Part shown: positions 41,246 through 54,140 of the stretch, in pieces | How the letters are laid out: every line of letters begins with the position of its first letter | Numbering within the stretch: the first letter of the stretch is position 1 | From: Camelus ferus | Taxonomy: Eukaryota | Length of the DNA: 64,000 nucleotides | Reading direction: 5' to 3' | Assembly (NCBI RefSeq): GCF_009834535.1 | Contig: NC_045696.1 | Coordinates: 85,314,001 to 85,378,000 of the forward strand | Position numbers and translations under genes: made by a program | Notes under the pieces: model-generated | The model's input: only the letters and a program-made list of their open reading frames with translations | What the model was told of the DNA's origin: nothing | Database searches by the model: none

Positions 41246-43649
41246 AATTATCCACATGTTATTCCCAGATTTTCATTCAAATATTATTTCCACGTGTTGT
41301 TCAAATCCATTTTCCATTGCTGTTTTGTTCAAATATAATTAAGGAACATGTTTCTTGAAACACTATAAAACACCGTAAAAGGGAAAAGGTTTACAATCAT
41401 TTCACGCCTAAAAATGAACATCAAGTGGGCTCTTCATGTTATTTTAGTACAGTCAACAAGGAGACAGATGATGCAGTGGAAAATGAAAATAGTTAATCTG
41501 GTGACCTACAGAGTTTGTGGCTCTACAGACAACACAGACTCTGAGAGGGAGAAGAGGGAGTGCTGACAGAAGCTTCACAAGTGAGTCAGAAAAAAGGAGG
41601 TGACTATGCTTGACAAAGATCGGTATATGAAGACAAGGATTTACTTCCTATCTTTCTCACAGTTTGCTTTGTATTAACTCTTTTTTTCCTGTTAAAAAAC
41701 ACAAACGTCTTTTTAACACTTTGGTTCACAGTAGACTTCTGAATAACACCATTACAAAATCTTCAGTCATGAAGACATAAAACAATGTATAAATACACAC
41801 AGGTACAAGTTAGTATATAATTCAAGAGTGCTAAAACAGTGCTAATTGAAATATCATTATAAATAGAAAATAAACAGATATAAATCACTGATTTTAATAT
41901 AAAAGGATTTTTTACCTTTTAATGATTCAGAAATAAAAGAACAAATATTTTCCAAAGTCTAATACATTAAAACTGCTGAGAATCCCCTGAATTCTGTTTC
42001 GTGGAGGAACAGAATCAAGTGAAACTCCTCACAGGAGAGAATGTAGAATTTCTGTGATGCTGCTTCATATAATTTCTGCCCTTAATCACTCTCCCCTCTT
42101 CTTGATTGTGCTGGCTCTTAGAGGGTTTTCAGTAAGGCTTCATATTTGGTAATGAACTGAGAAAGACTGTTAGATAAACATTGCTATTACAATTAATAGT
42201 ATTAATCTACAGAGACCTCAAACACCTAGAAGAGTGAGAAGAAAAAGGGTCTTCAAAACTGCAGTTGAGTTCTGTATATACTAAATATTTAACATATATA
42301 CAACTATAGTTGTTACTTATGCAAAATATTTCAATTTGAAAATCTTTTCTTATTTTTTAAAATTACTAGGTAAACATACCTATACATGTATATAGGTTTT
42401 AAGGACAAATTTACTATTTTACTTCAAATAGTTATTTCTTTTGCAGCATTTTCATTTCTTAAAAATGATATTTTTTGTATTATTTTCAAAATAATAAAAA
42501 TAAAGAAAATATTAACACTCACCACGGATTTCAAAATAAGCAAGTACTATAAAAGTACTCAAATTAAACTGTATATTATTGTTTCAAAAAATATTAAACT
42601 TTAAATGACTGTAGCCTGGTTACTTAACCTTGAAAAAATTACCGTTATTAAGATGATGCACTTTTTCCCTTGTTCTGTCCTCCAAGAACTTACTAACACA
42701 GAAGAAAGCACAAAGCTCCGATGAAAAGTCTTTAATTAGGTCAGTAACTGCATGCCAGCCTTTCGCTCCAAAACTATTTACTCCTGAGTTTATACCTTTG
42801 GAAAACAGCAATCACACAAGGAGATGATTTTGTAACTTTATTCTTCTCCATACTTTTAAGCTTTCTCTAACAATTAATTGACTAGTTCTATTGACTTTAT
42901 TCCTTTTATTCCATTGTCACTGGCTAACAGAAGATTCTATTCTAACAATTTCATGTAAAGTTCCAGGTATATATAGTCATGAAACTCTGTTTCAATACTG
43001 CAAATCTTTCAATGATACTTCTATATTTATGTGTCTGAACTCAAGGCTTTCCAGTTTGTGGCACTAACCTATATTTGACATCTTAATTCTCAGTCACCCC
43101 ATGAAGAACTGTATGTCCAGCCAGTAGGTATGGAGGTCCATATATATCCCCATCAAACCTGATCTACAAACTTCCTTCCCTCTTATGTTGTTAACATTTC
43201 TCAAAGAAAATCTCTCTCTCTCTCTCCCGAAATACTTGCCGTTACCATTCATTTTACATCGTATTTTGGTATCGTTTTGTGTATTCATATTATCACTGGT
43301 TGTTCCATTCCACGCACTGCATATGCAGTGAGAAGGTAATTCCAAAGAAATAGGAATTCTTTAGTAGAGGCAGCAAGAAGCAAGTCCACCTCCTTCTTCC
43401 AGGTCTATCTTTTTTTTTTTTTTTTTTTACCTTTTCTCTCACACCTCAAAATAATGATCAGAAATTCTGGCGGACATTCTGGATGAGTCTTTACACAACT
43501 TCTTTAAATCCTAGCAGAAACTGAAGTTTTAGAGCCAATTAAGCAGGGTTAACTTAATTTTGCAACGTAGTAAAGAAATATTTTCACTTAGTAAAATGAA
43601 AGTTTTCACCTATTTTTAAAATTCTCCAAAAAATTTAGTATTTTACAAT

Positions 43650-43960
43650 AATTCATCTTCTGTATGTTTCACAATTTTCTCTTTTTTCGATATTTGAGTT
43701 ATTTCCAGTTGAGAGCAATTATAAATAAAGCTACTGTGAACATTTGTATAAGTATTTGTGTTTTCTTTTCCCATTATAAATACATGGATGTTGAATGAAT
43801 GGGACATATGAGAGCTATATGATTCCACTTCTAAAGCAACTGCCAACCTGTTTTCTAAATGGACTCTACCATTTTGCATCTCTGCTAGCTGTGGATAAAT
43901 GTTACAGTTCACATCTTTGACAAAATTTATGTTCATTCTTAGTTTTTAGTTTTTCTAAGT
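43650..43960 (-). mobile_element. L1ME 3' fragment
   Basis: atttccagttgagagcaattataaataaagctactgtgaacatttgtataagt. Confidence 0.7.
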
Positions 43961-43974
43961 GTTTCTGTCTTCCG

Positions 43975-44065
43975 AAAATTGGGATTGTTGTGAGGATTAA
44001 ATGAGATAATGTTTTAAGATACATTATATATCAGAATTCAATACATGGTAGTTATTATAATTATT
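43975..44065 (+). mobile_element. MIR SINE 3' part
   Basis: gggattgttgtgaggattaaatgagataatg. Confidence 0.75.
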
Positions 44066-44364
44066 ACCCTTCTTTTTTCAGTATAATTATTATTTCTTCA
44101 ATTCTGTAACCCCAGCTCATGTGCCCAGTAAATTTTGCATAGTAGGTGATCAACAAATACTTGTTGATTATGAAGGCAATGAATTATAAAGAGTAATGAA
44201 GTGTATGAAAAGGCACATTGAAAGCGGTAATGGTAACACTAGTGCATCTGCCTGAATGAATGTGGCATCAAGAAGATAGGAAGAAGGATGGGACAGCATT
44301 CTTCAATAGTGCATCTGGGGTCAATTCTAGTGACTGAATTCTCATACTTATGCTTGGTTAAGTA

Positions 44365-44765
44365 CTTTTTTTTAACATTTAAAAAAATTCAACTTTACTG
44401 AAGTATAACTAACATATAAAATTTAAGATATTTAAAGTGTATATCTCGATGATGATTTGACATACATGTACATTTTCAAGATTTCCCCCATCTAATTAAT
44501 TTTCATATCCATCACCTCATATCTTTATCTTTTTTAGCAAGAATATTTAAGTTCTACCCTCTTACCGAATTTCAATTAAACAATACAGTGTCAACTAGAG
44601 TCACCACGTCTACAGTACATCCTCAGATACTGCTCGTCTTGTAGATGAAAGAATATATACCTTTTTATCCACCTTCTCTCCAGTTTTGTTCTTTCTCAAG
44701 ATTGCTTTGGCTATTTGAGGTCTTTTGTGGTTCCACACAAATTTTAGAATTTCTATTTCTATTGG
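44365..44765 (-). mobile_element. L1MA-type 3' end fragment
   Basis: Poly-T start, caactttactgaagtataac..., gaatatttaagttctaccctctta, ctcaagattgctttggctatttgaggtcttttgtggttcca. Confidence 0.8.
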
Positions 44766-46069
44766 GAATTTTTTCACTTAAGAAAGTAACAAAGATTTAG
44801 CTCCTTATATTTAAAATTTTTAATAAACATAAGTTTAAAAATGTGTAATGATCCATCTTACCTAAACAGGCTTTACTGATAGAAATGTGGATGTTTCTAA
44901 AGTCTCAATATAATGACTATTCTTAACATCTTTGGGTATAGTTTCACTATACTTTTACTTATTTCATTAGGATAGGATTCTACAAATAAAAGTAATGGGT
45001 AAAGGACACTAAATAACTTTCAGACAGAGCTATCTTATGCAATGTTCCTCAAATAACCTACTGACTTGAGAATAACTGTTCTCATTCTGGAAAATGTATG
45101 TTGGTCATGCTTTCAAATACATTCTAACATAATTAAGTGTAGATTTTCTGCCTGTTCCTCTGAGATAACAGATAAGCATCTTTCTCTAACAAATTCCTTA
45201 GAAGTCCTTCTACCCTGATGGGAACTACTAAAGAGAGGCTAGAGGAAAGGCAAATAAAGGTGGCAAAGCTGCGCTTGTGGCATTAGCAGTTTCACCAGTG
45301 ACTCTTGAAAATTAACAACAACTAGATTCCAGCACATCAAAAAGAAAAATCCCACTTTTCCTAAAACTTTTTAGGCTTCAGTTATTGTGATATTATATTT
45401 ATCATTTTAAGCACATTAAAATTACAACAGTGTAGTCAGGAGTAAATTTTATAGCTCTGAACTTAAAAAAAAAAAAAAGTCATTCTTTGCATAGCTGAAA
45501 ATTGTAACAGTACTGTTAGATACAAATTATTGTTACAACATATACTACCTACAATAGCACAAAAGCAATAGAAATTTCTGATTTATACTGAATATCAAAA
45601 GTTCATGTGAAAAAACAAGTCTGGCAGTCAAGATATACTGAATCGGGCATTTTCAAATGATCGCCTGAAATTTAGGAGGCAAAGAAGTAGAGCCAAGAGT
45701 CATCAGACTATAGATGGTAGTCAACACAGGGAAGAGCAAAACGCACAGTCAGTCATAAAAGAAGCTGACAGCAAACGGAGGCCACAAGATCACCAACATT
45801 TAAGGGGTTTGGCAGCATAAAAGCAGTAATAGAGACCAAAGATAAATTTTAGAATTAGAAAGAAAACCTGGCAAGTATAATGGACATGTTGGTTACCTGG
45901 TTACACAGAATGCATTTCTCCTTTCTAGCAGAACTGCATCTTCTGTCCCTGATAACCATCTTTTCAGTTCATGAAGCTCTAGTGGTGTCAGGGCAATCTA
46001 CTCCAAGCACCATCTTCAGGACAAGGCTTTGATTCTTAGCAGTTATTTATTCTCTTTCTTGACTTGGCA

Positions 46070-46340
46070 TTAGACTCATCCGATTTTTTGCTTGTTTGTT
46101 TGCCCAAATAGCAATCCTAGGGTTCATTCCAGAGATTATGTTTTAATTGGTAGGTAGGAACACAGACCTCCTATATTTTTAATCCTTCTTCCCTTGGAAG
46201 ATCTTAGAAAATACCACGTTGGGACTCAGCACCAATCAGGTACATCAGGACTTCTGAATGTAAGGATGGAATGCAGGCATCAAAAATTAAAACTCTCTAG
46301 GTAAGTCTAATCTATAGAGAGCGTTCAGAACAACTTTATA
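46070..46340. mobile_element. MER5-like hAT MITE remnants
   Basis: cattccagagattatgttttaattggtagg and caggcatcaaaaattaaaactctctaggtaagtctaat resemble MER5 halves. Confidence 0.55.
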
Positions 46341-46469
46341 AAGTTCCTCTTTATAAAGATTGGATTAGAAAAGAATATAAGACACAAATTAGCCCAAAAA
46401 TCACAAAGGGAAATTACTGGTAGATGAAGAAAAAGAAAAGCTCTGTCTCAGGAGAAATATCTCTAGAGT

Positions 46470-46930
46470 CAGGCTGTCCGATATGGTACAAGAGGCTTTG
46501 AGTATTTTAAATGTGGCTAGTACAACTAAGAAATAAAATTTTAAAAATTAATTCTTGTTTTAATTTAAAAACTGATACTTTTATGATTGGAAAACTTTTA
46601 AGTATAGCTGAAAAAACTTTCTCAGCTATACATTTCGTGAACTATATATACATCAAATGCTTCTGATGAAAATTTGGTGTCTAAATTGAGATCTTCAATA
46701 CAAATCAGATTACTAAGTTTTGGCATGAGAAAGGGAATGTAAAATATCTCAGATGATTTATTTATGTAGATTAAATATTGGAATAAGACTATTTGAATAT
46801 ATTGGGCTAAATAAAATATATTATTAAAATGAATTTCACCTGGTTCTATTTACTTTTTTAAACATGATGTTTAGAAATTATGAAATTATGTATCTGGCTT
46901 CCATTCTATTTCCTAGATTGCACTAGCTAG
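46470..46930 (+). mobile_element. MER33/Charlie1-like hAT element
   Basis: Starts caggctgtccgatatgg...aaatgtggctagtacaactaag. Contains gggctaaataaaatatattattaaaatgaatttcacctg near the end. Flanked by ctctagag / gctagac, a Charlie-type target site. Confidence 0.8.
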
Positions 46931-47105
46931 ACATGAGTGAAGTTAAGCTATCCAGCAGCCACAGCCCTCTTGCTACCAGCATGAGGACAAAAATCACAGT
47001 GTATGGGAAAACCAAGCTGATGACACAGAAATGGAACAACAGCCCTGAAGGATACCTGCTGATTTTGCTAGATTGCCAGACATTTTCAGTTATTTCTCCC
47101 ATTCC

Positions 47106-47670
47106 TGTATTAGTTATCTACTACTACTTAATAAATTACCCCAAGGTTAATGGTTTAAGACAATAGGCAATTATTACTTTATAGTTTCTTTGAGGCAGGA
47201 ATCTAGATGTGCCTCAGCTAGGTGTCTCTGTTCCAAAGTTTCTCACAAGGCTATAATTAAGGGGTCAGCCAGGGCTGTGGTGTCACCTGATGGCTTGACT
47301 GGGAGATGATGGGTTTTCAAGATTATGCAAATGTCAGGATTCAGTTCCTCACAGGCTACTGGACAACAGCCTCAGTTCCTCACTGGCTGTTGGCCAGAGG
47401 CCCCCCTCAGTTCCTTGCCACATGAGCTCCTCCACAGAGCAACTCACAACATGGCAGCTAGTTTCCAAAATCATGACAAAACTCAAGATGGAAGTCACCA
47501 TTTTTTTGTAACCTCATCTCTGTAGTGATAGCCCATTACTTTTGCCATACTTGACTCATTCAAAGTAAGTCACTAGGTTCAGCGCATACTAAAAGAGAGT
47601 GATTATATAAAGGCATGACTGTTCTAAGGTGAGAATCATCAGGAATTATCTTAGAGGCTGCTTTCCACAC
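47106..47670 (-). mobile_element. MLT1 MaLR LTR
   Basis: tgtattagttatctactactacttaataaattaccccaagg...ggcaggaatctag...gcaactcacaacatggcagctagttt. Confidence 0.85.
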
Positions 47671-48740
47671 TTCTTTATGTACTCTGTTCCCAACCTCAGA
47701 GGTAACTTCAGAGGTAACCCCAACCTCCATCCCCTTCATTGCCCTGAAGCTGGTAAACATTATTTATAAGAAAGTATTTATATCGTTACCTAAATCAATG
47801 AATTCACAAATATTATGTATTATTTTTAAAAGATATATAATACATTTATAAACTATAAATATTATATATAGATATACACTTGCTTTTTCCTCTCAACATT
47901 ATTTGTATTAATATAGCAATGGTAACACTGGGTGATCTAGTTTATACATTTTACTTACTATATAAGATTTCAATGTATGAATAAGCCACAAGCAATGTAT
48001 GCAGTCACTTACTAAGGAATGTCTAGGTTTCTTTTCCACATTTATTCTATTACAAAGAGCGCTGCAATAGACACTTTCCTAAATGGCTTCTAAGCACACA
48101 CGGGAGAGTCTCCCTAGACCTAAGATTATTGAGATGTAAAGTATATGGAACTTCAAATTTATTAGATATTGCAAAATTGATTTCAAAAAGTTATATTAAT
48201 TTACGGTTTTGCCAGCAAAGTATGTGAGTTCTTGTTTCACCAGCACTTGAATTTATTGAATTTAACTACATTTTTCCATTTTGATGGCTACAAAATCTCA
48301 TTTTATTATAGTTTTAAATTGTATCTCCCTGATTACTCATGACGTCATGCATATTCAACTCAGTTTTAAATTTAAATGTTAGCATTCAGATTCCCTTCTC
48401 TGAGGCTTGTTGTTCATATATTTTGGCCTTTTTCTAATGAGTTGTGTGTGTGTGTGTGTGTGCGCGTGTGCACACATGTGTGTGTTTGAAATTTAGTCAT
48501 TGGAGCTTTGTATGTATTTTTGATAGAAACCCTTTATCCAATATATGGATGATAAATATATCCTTCCAATATATGACTTGTCTTATTTTTAATTTTTTAA
48601 TTAATTCATACAAAAAACAAATTTTAATTTGTTAAACTTATTTCAATATTTCTTTTATGATTTATGGTTTTTGTATCTTATTTAAGGAAATATCCCTATC
48701 CTAAATTCATAAAAAATATTATTTTTTACTTTTTTCTTTG
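47670..48740 (-). mobile_element. L1ME 3' region containing a (TG)n tract
   Basis: tctaggtttc...tattacaaagagcgctgcaatagacac; tctcattttattatagttttaaattgtatctccctgattact. Confidence 0.7.
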
Positions 48741-49139
48741 TCACTAAATTATCCCCTTGAAAAAAAGTTATTGTTTTGCTTTGTTTGAGGTTTGCATTCA
48801 GTGTTTCTAGGCATCTGATAGTAAAAGATTTGTCTCAGTTTTTTTTTTTTCTTGCCTGAACCACAGGGATTCTGGTTAATATTTAATCTTTAAACCACTC
48901 TGTGATTTTTTTCCATTACTTGTACTAAAAAGTACCTATAATAAAACAAGAAGTACAAAACACATAGAATTTAATAAAGAATAAACGATTCAACAACTTA
49001 AAGTGCCACAGCAAGTTCAGGAGCTATAAAGCAGCAGTGCGTTCACCTGATCTGTCGCTGGTGACGGCGGATCCAGGGAGCAGCTTGCATAGGAACCAGA
49101 CACTGATGAGGGGAAAACTGTACAGATCACTAGTGCTGT

Positions 49140-49448
49140 TCTCTGGGTGTTTCCACCTCTCAGTCTCCCAGGAACATGGTGACATTGTGCTTTCTGGCCC
49201 CACCGTGGCTGCTATCTGACTAGTTTTGGCCAGTGGGTTGTGAGGAGAAATCATATGTATTCCCTTTAGGGTTGAGTATTTCATAACATTCAGAGCTGCT
49301 TCCCTCCACCACCACAGCCACCAAGTTTCACGGTTGCTCCTTCATCTGGGTGGGTCCAGAAGTGAGGAGAGCTGCATAAGAGAAAGTGAATCTTTCCCAT
49401 TATTAGCCATTGGGATGCTAGAATTTATCGACACAGTATATCCTAGCC
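49140..49448 (+). mobile_element. MLT1 MaLR LTR
   Basis: tgactagttttggccagtgggttgtgaggagaaat...ttagccattgggatgctagaattt...cctagccc. Confidence 0.65.
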
Positions 49449-49499
49449 CATTATATAAACTGATACAGAAGGGTGTGGACTCATACCGATAGCACATGG

Positions 49500-50330
49500 A
49501 CGGGCTGGATTATGCTGTAGTAACAAATAATGGGATATCTCAGCAGCTTTAAAAAACAAAGTCTCCTTTTTCTCTCACACTACACGTCCATCGTGAGTTA
49601 ACTGTGGGCTCTGCTCCGTGTTTTCCTCACTCTAGGCCCCAGGCCAACAGAGCAGTCACTATCTGGAATATTGCCAGTTGCCAGGGTAGAGAGGAAAAAA
49701 GGTAGGTGGCAAATCACACAAGGGCTCTTTAAGTCTGAATATGACATATGTCAATTCCATACATTTTCTTGTAGTTTGGGTTCCCTGCAAGTAGCTCCTG
49801 TGCCAATGGTTCATGTGAAAGTAATACAAGGAGTGTTCACAGCTAAAACCAGCAGGAGGGTGGGGAAGTGGAACTGGAGGGAGAGAAAGCCAAGAAATAT
49901 TGCAACGTCAAGCAAAGTGTCCTGAAAGTTTGGCTCCATCGTCAAGGCAGCTTTGGAGACTGGGCAAGTCAAGCCTGAAATGTTCTAACCAGGGGGGCAG
50001 AGAACCTGTATTATTATTCCCTGCTACGTGTCAGCTACTTTTTTAGGGTTCCCGCTGTGGTAATATAAAATTCTAGGCATCTGGGACTCCAATGGCCTAA
50101 AGAGGATCACAGATCTGGATTTTGGCAGCAAAAACACAGGAGTCTTTGTGCACTATAATTGCAAAGGGATCCCAGGGGACAGGAAGGCACTGACAGTTCT
50201 GATATGCATGTCAATGGCAAGGCACCACACACCTAAGCTTAAGGAGGCCTGGAAGTGCAATCCTGCCACACTAGCGGGAGGGCAGGTGGGAATTAACAGC
50301 AGTCAGTGAGTAGCACTAATCACAACCACA
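49500..50330 (-). mobile_element. MLT1 LTR interrupted by an ERVL LTR (about 49770-50205)
   Basis: ggattatgctgtagtaacaaataa...cactatctggaatattgcc resumes at ggaggcctggaagtgcaatcctgcc. The insert starts tgtagtttgggttccctgcaagtag (LTR16/33-like antisense). Confidence 0.7.
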
Positions 50331-50854
50331 AGGAAATGGGAGATCAAATAGAAAGGCTTAGAATGGAAGCTTTCTTAGAGAAACAGTTAATCTAACAGAA
50401 AATTTGATAACTAGTTGTTTCCAAGGGGTAGTGAAAAGGAGAAGGGACAGAAGGAAGTAAAGCAAGAAAGATGAAAGGAAGCACAGGTTAAGGGAGGTTT
50501 TTTCTTTTTTTTAAACATTAAAAGTCCTTGAGAATATGTATGCTGAGATATATACATATTATTTATATATATACATATATTTATATAAAATGGAAGGTGA
50601 GTTTGAAGTTGAGATAATAGATGAGACAAGGTTTTCAGGAAACATAAGAGAATGAAATCACCTGTATAGGTAAATCTTTATTTTTGAAAGGTGGAGAGAA
50701 ATCATTTACTTAATGAGAAAAAACAGCGTAAGACTGATTAGAAATGCAAATAAACCTGCAGGCATGGGGCTGAGGAAGAAGGAAGAGGCTGCCTTTCCTC
50801 TCTGATATGAAATCACCAAGTCATCTCCGGAGGCGGGAGAAGGGAAAGAAGAGA

Positions 50855-51519
50855 TGATACAGGAAAAATGAATGTGGGGCATGAGAAGGGCCCTGTCCCA
50901 GGTCTCGGCTGAGTCCCTGGGACGCGCCCCGCCAAGTGTGGGTCCTTGGCTTCGCACAGGGAAGAATTCAAGAGCGAGCCACAGTTGAGTAAAGATAGAT
51001 TTATTTAGAGAGGTACATACTACATGGAGTGTAGGCTGTTCCAGAAGGTGAGAGAAAGGCCACGAGGTGTGTGGGTTGGGTGCTCAGGTTAAAGTAAAAG
51101 TAGATACACACTCCATAGACAGAGTGTGGGCGATCTCTGAACACAAGGAAGCAAGAGAGGTGGCCACAAGGTGTGGTGTTGCCAGTTTTTATGGGCTTGG
51201 AAGCTTCATTTGCTAACAAGTGGGAGGACCATTCTAAGTACCCTGGAGAAGAGGCTGGGATTCACAGGAATTGGGCCACCGTCCACTCTTTGACCTTTTG
51301 TGGTTAGCCTTGGAACTGTCATGGCGCCTGTGGGCATGTTATTTACCATGTTAATATATTACAATGGGCATATATTGATGCTCAAGGTCTACTGGAAGTC
51401 AAATCTCCCACCATCTTGAGCTTCAAGGTTTACTGGGAGTTGATTCTTCCACCATTCTGGTGTTAATTGCTGTGTCATTCTTTGAATGACTGTGCCCTGC
51501 CCCCTTCCCTCCTGTCTCA
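50855..51519 (-). mobile_element. MER41-like ERV1 solo LTR (665 bp)
   Basis: Terminal inverted repeats TGATACAGG / CCTGTCTCA. Near-perfect 4-bp TSD gaga/caga. AATAAA on the minus strand at 51000-51005. Minus strand carries the MER41 hallmark 'cccacaggcgccatgacagtt' plus internal tandem duplications. Confidence 0.82.
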
Positions 51520-53134
51520 CAGAGAACTCAGGGATAAAGGTAAGTTTGGGATAAACATTGAGAGGAATGAGAGATGTGTCCCTAGGTTTATGATGAAGTG
51601 TGTATGGCAAGAGTGAGAGCCAAATGAAGACCCAGAAGCTGAGTTTGAAGTAGAATCGACTCACGTGGTCCCCCTCAACCCCACCCCACTTGGCAGCTCT
51701 GGTGCTGTTGTGTTGGAGAGGAGCAACACAACACTGCCCGAGGGAAAATGGATTTATGCTTTTGGCCAGAGAATGATTAAGTGAGTTATTGTATAGCATC
51801 TTCTTTTAAGGATATAAGACAAGCTAGGAGAAGGCTGAAAGACAGGGAGAGAATACAGTGTTAAGGCTTGATCAGTTAGAGTAGACTTAATGGCAGTAGA
51901 GATCTGAAAGACAAGAAATGGTGTACACATACAGTTCTGAACTTTCAACTTTCAGGGATTCTGTACTCCGAGAGATAACAAGGTTAAATGTGTGGCATTA
52001 AGTTATGGTCAAGAAAAATGAAATTAGGGTAGTGTGTTGGGCATTATTCACATGTAGAACTTGATTTAGTTAGTGAAAAGACCAGGAGATCAGACATAAT
52101 GTACTTTTAGAGTGTAATTATCTATAGTGCAAGATGCACAGAATTAATTGTTGAGACACCACAGTTGGAGTCCTGGATCTCTAGAATTCAGTGTCTAAAA
52201 CTATACATTGTGTTCAATACTATCTGTCTTACCTGCTTACCTAGTCATTTTACTAATGATACTCTTTCTCTTGAGAATTAAATGCAGTAATGAGTGAGAT
52301 GTCTTATCTAACATGCAAAGTGTTAGTCAAACATTATGCTGTCCACTGGATGCATACTTAAAATTTAACATCATAGCAAGCATAATACAACAAATCAGAA
52401 ATGTCCAATGTGTGTTAAACTGAATTGAACCAATACTTGACAATGCCAGATATCTTTGCTCTTGTTTAAATGCAGTGTGATTAGCGAAAAAGAGGTAGTT
52501 CGCCTCAGATCATATGGCATTGATCAATGTTCTCCTTAGATAAACAAAAATAATTTGATGTAAATTACTATCTGTCTTTGTTTAGGAAATACAATTGAAT
52601 AGTCAGCAGGAAAACTAAATTGCATCTCTGTTTAAGTAATAAAACACAGCAGGATATGGCACTGTTACATTGAACACCCTGAAGTGAGTTAATGTGACTA
52701 TAATGTGGTTTCTTTAAACAAACCAATTACAGTGTGCACAGGTAATAAATTATTATCAGTATTAGTATATGAAGCTTAATCTTCCATTTCCTCTTTATAC
52801 ATTTATGAAAATTTAAGATGCATCACCATAAAATATAAATGTTGTTGTTTTACTGTTTTATAGTTCACCAAACTAGAAATGTTTTACTTCTCATTGGATT
52901 TTTAATTCTTTCATTCATGCGTTTATCCTTTCATTTAGTTATATAAAATTCTTACCAATTATGGTTATATGGGGATTTCAAATATGATATATGCTATAAA
53001 TGTGGTACATGTGTGTATTATGATTTTGTTCAGAATCAGATTGTAACCACATTAACCAGCTGGTGGGGGAGGGGGATTGTAATATGACAATAGCTTAGCA
53101 TGCTGCATCTTAATATTTAAAAGGAGGTGTTTTT

Positions 53135-53599
53135 TTTTTTTTAACATTTTTATTGATTTATAATCATTTTACAATGTTGTGTCAAATTCCAGTGTTCAGC
53201 ACAATTTTTCATTCATTCATGGACATATACACACTCATTGTCACATTTTTTTCTCTGTGAGTTATCATAACATTTTGTGTATATTTCCCTGTGCTATACA
53301 GTGTAGTCTATTCTACAATTTTGAAATCCCAGTCTATCCCTTCCCACCCTCCACCCCCCTGGCAACCACAAGTCTGTATTCTCTGTCTATGAGTCTATTT
53401 CTGTCCTGTATTTATGCTTTGTTTTTGTTTATTTGTTTGTTTGTTTGTTTTTGTTTTTTAGATTCCACATATGAGCGATCTCATATGGTATTTTTCTTTC
53501 TCCTTCTGGCTTACTTCACTTAGAATGACATTCTCCAGGAGCATCCATGTTGCTGCAAATGGCATTATGTTGTCAGTTTTTATGGCTGAGTAGTATTCC
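53135..53599 (-). mobile_element. Young 5'-truncated L1 (camelid-type 3' end)
   Basis: Poly-T followed by L1 3'UTR antisense text. Perfect 17-bp TSD taaaaggaggtgttttt at 53118-53134 and 53600-53616. Confidence 0.95.
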
Positions 53600-53839
53600 T
53601 AAAAGGAGGTGTTTTTGAGTATTTTATAATCTGATAGAGGGAAAACATATTCAGAACAATAACTCAACTGCCAGGAAAAAATGCTTTAAGCTCCACAGAG
53701 AGAGGGCTGGTGTGCCTAGGTTTATGGAGATATAGGGGAGGGAGAGTAAGTAATGGGTATCCCCCTTTAAATTATTTTTCAACAAAATAAAATAGAAGCA
53801 TCTTCATATAATCTTTCTAGAAATACTGAATACATAAGT

Positions 53840-54140
53840 TTCTATCAGTTTTTCAAGAAAAATTTACTGAGCAATGACTATGTTCCATACACAGTAGAGA
53901 TAAGAGTGACTTGACTTGGCATGTTAGTGGTGAAAAAGGGAGAAATAATCAGGTTTACAATCTATTTAAAGTTAAAACTGACCACCTTTGTTGATGGACT
54001 AGAAGAATATAAGAAAGAAAGTAAAAAATAACTACAAGGTATGGACTTTACCCATTGAATGAATGGGCTGCTATGTTTACTTGGAAGGACAGAGACAGGG
54101 ATCAAGAATCTGTAGACCTATTAGTCCAAGATATATGTGA
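53840..54140 (-). mobile_element. L2 remnant
   Basis: ttcaagaaaaatttactgagcaatgactatgttcc... Confidence 0.5.

Noticed and set aside
42620..42811. Minus-strand ORF with acceptor-like and donor-like sites
   Set aside because: No recognisable protein similarity or partner exons; splice-like motifs are common by chance in 64 kb.
51389..51799. Longest ORF in the window (136 aa)
   Set aside because: It runs across the LTR boundary from flanking DNA and shows no domain similarity.
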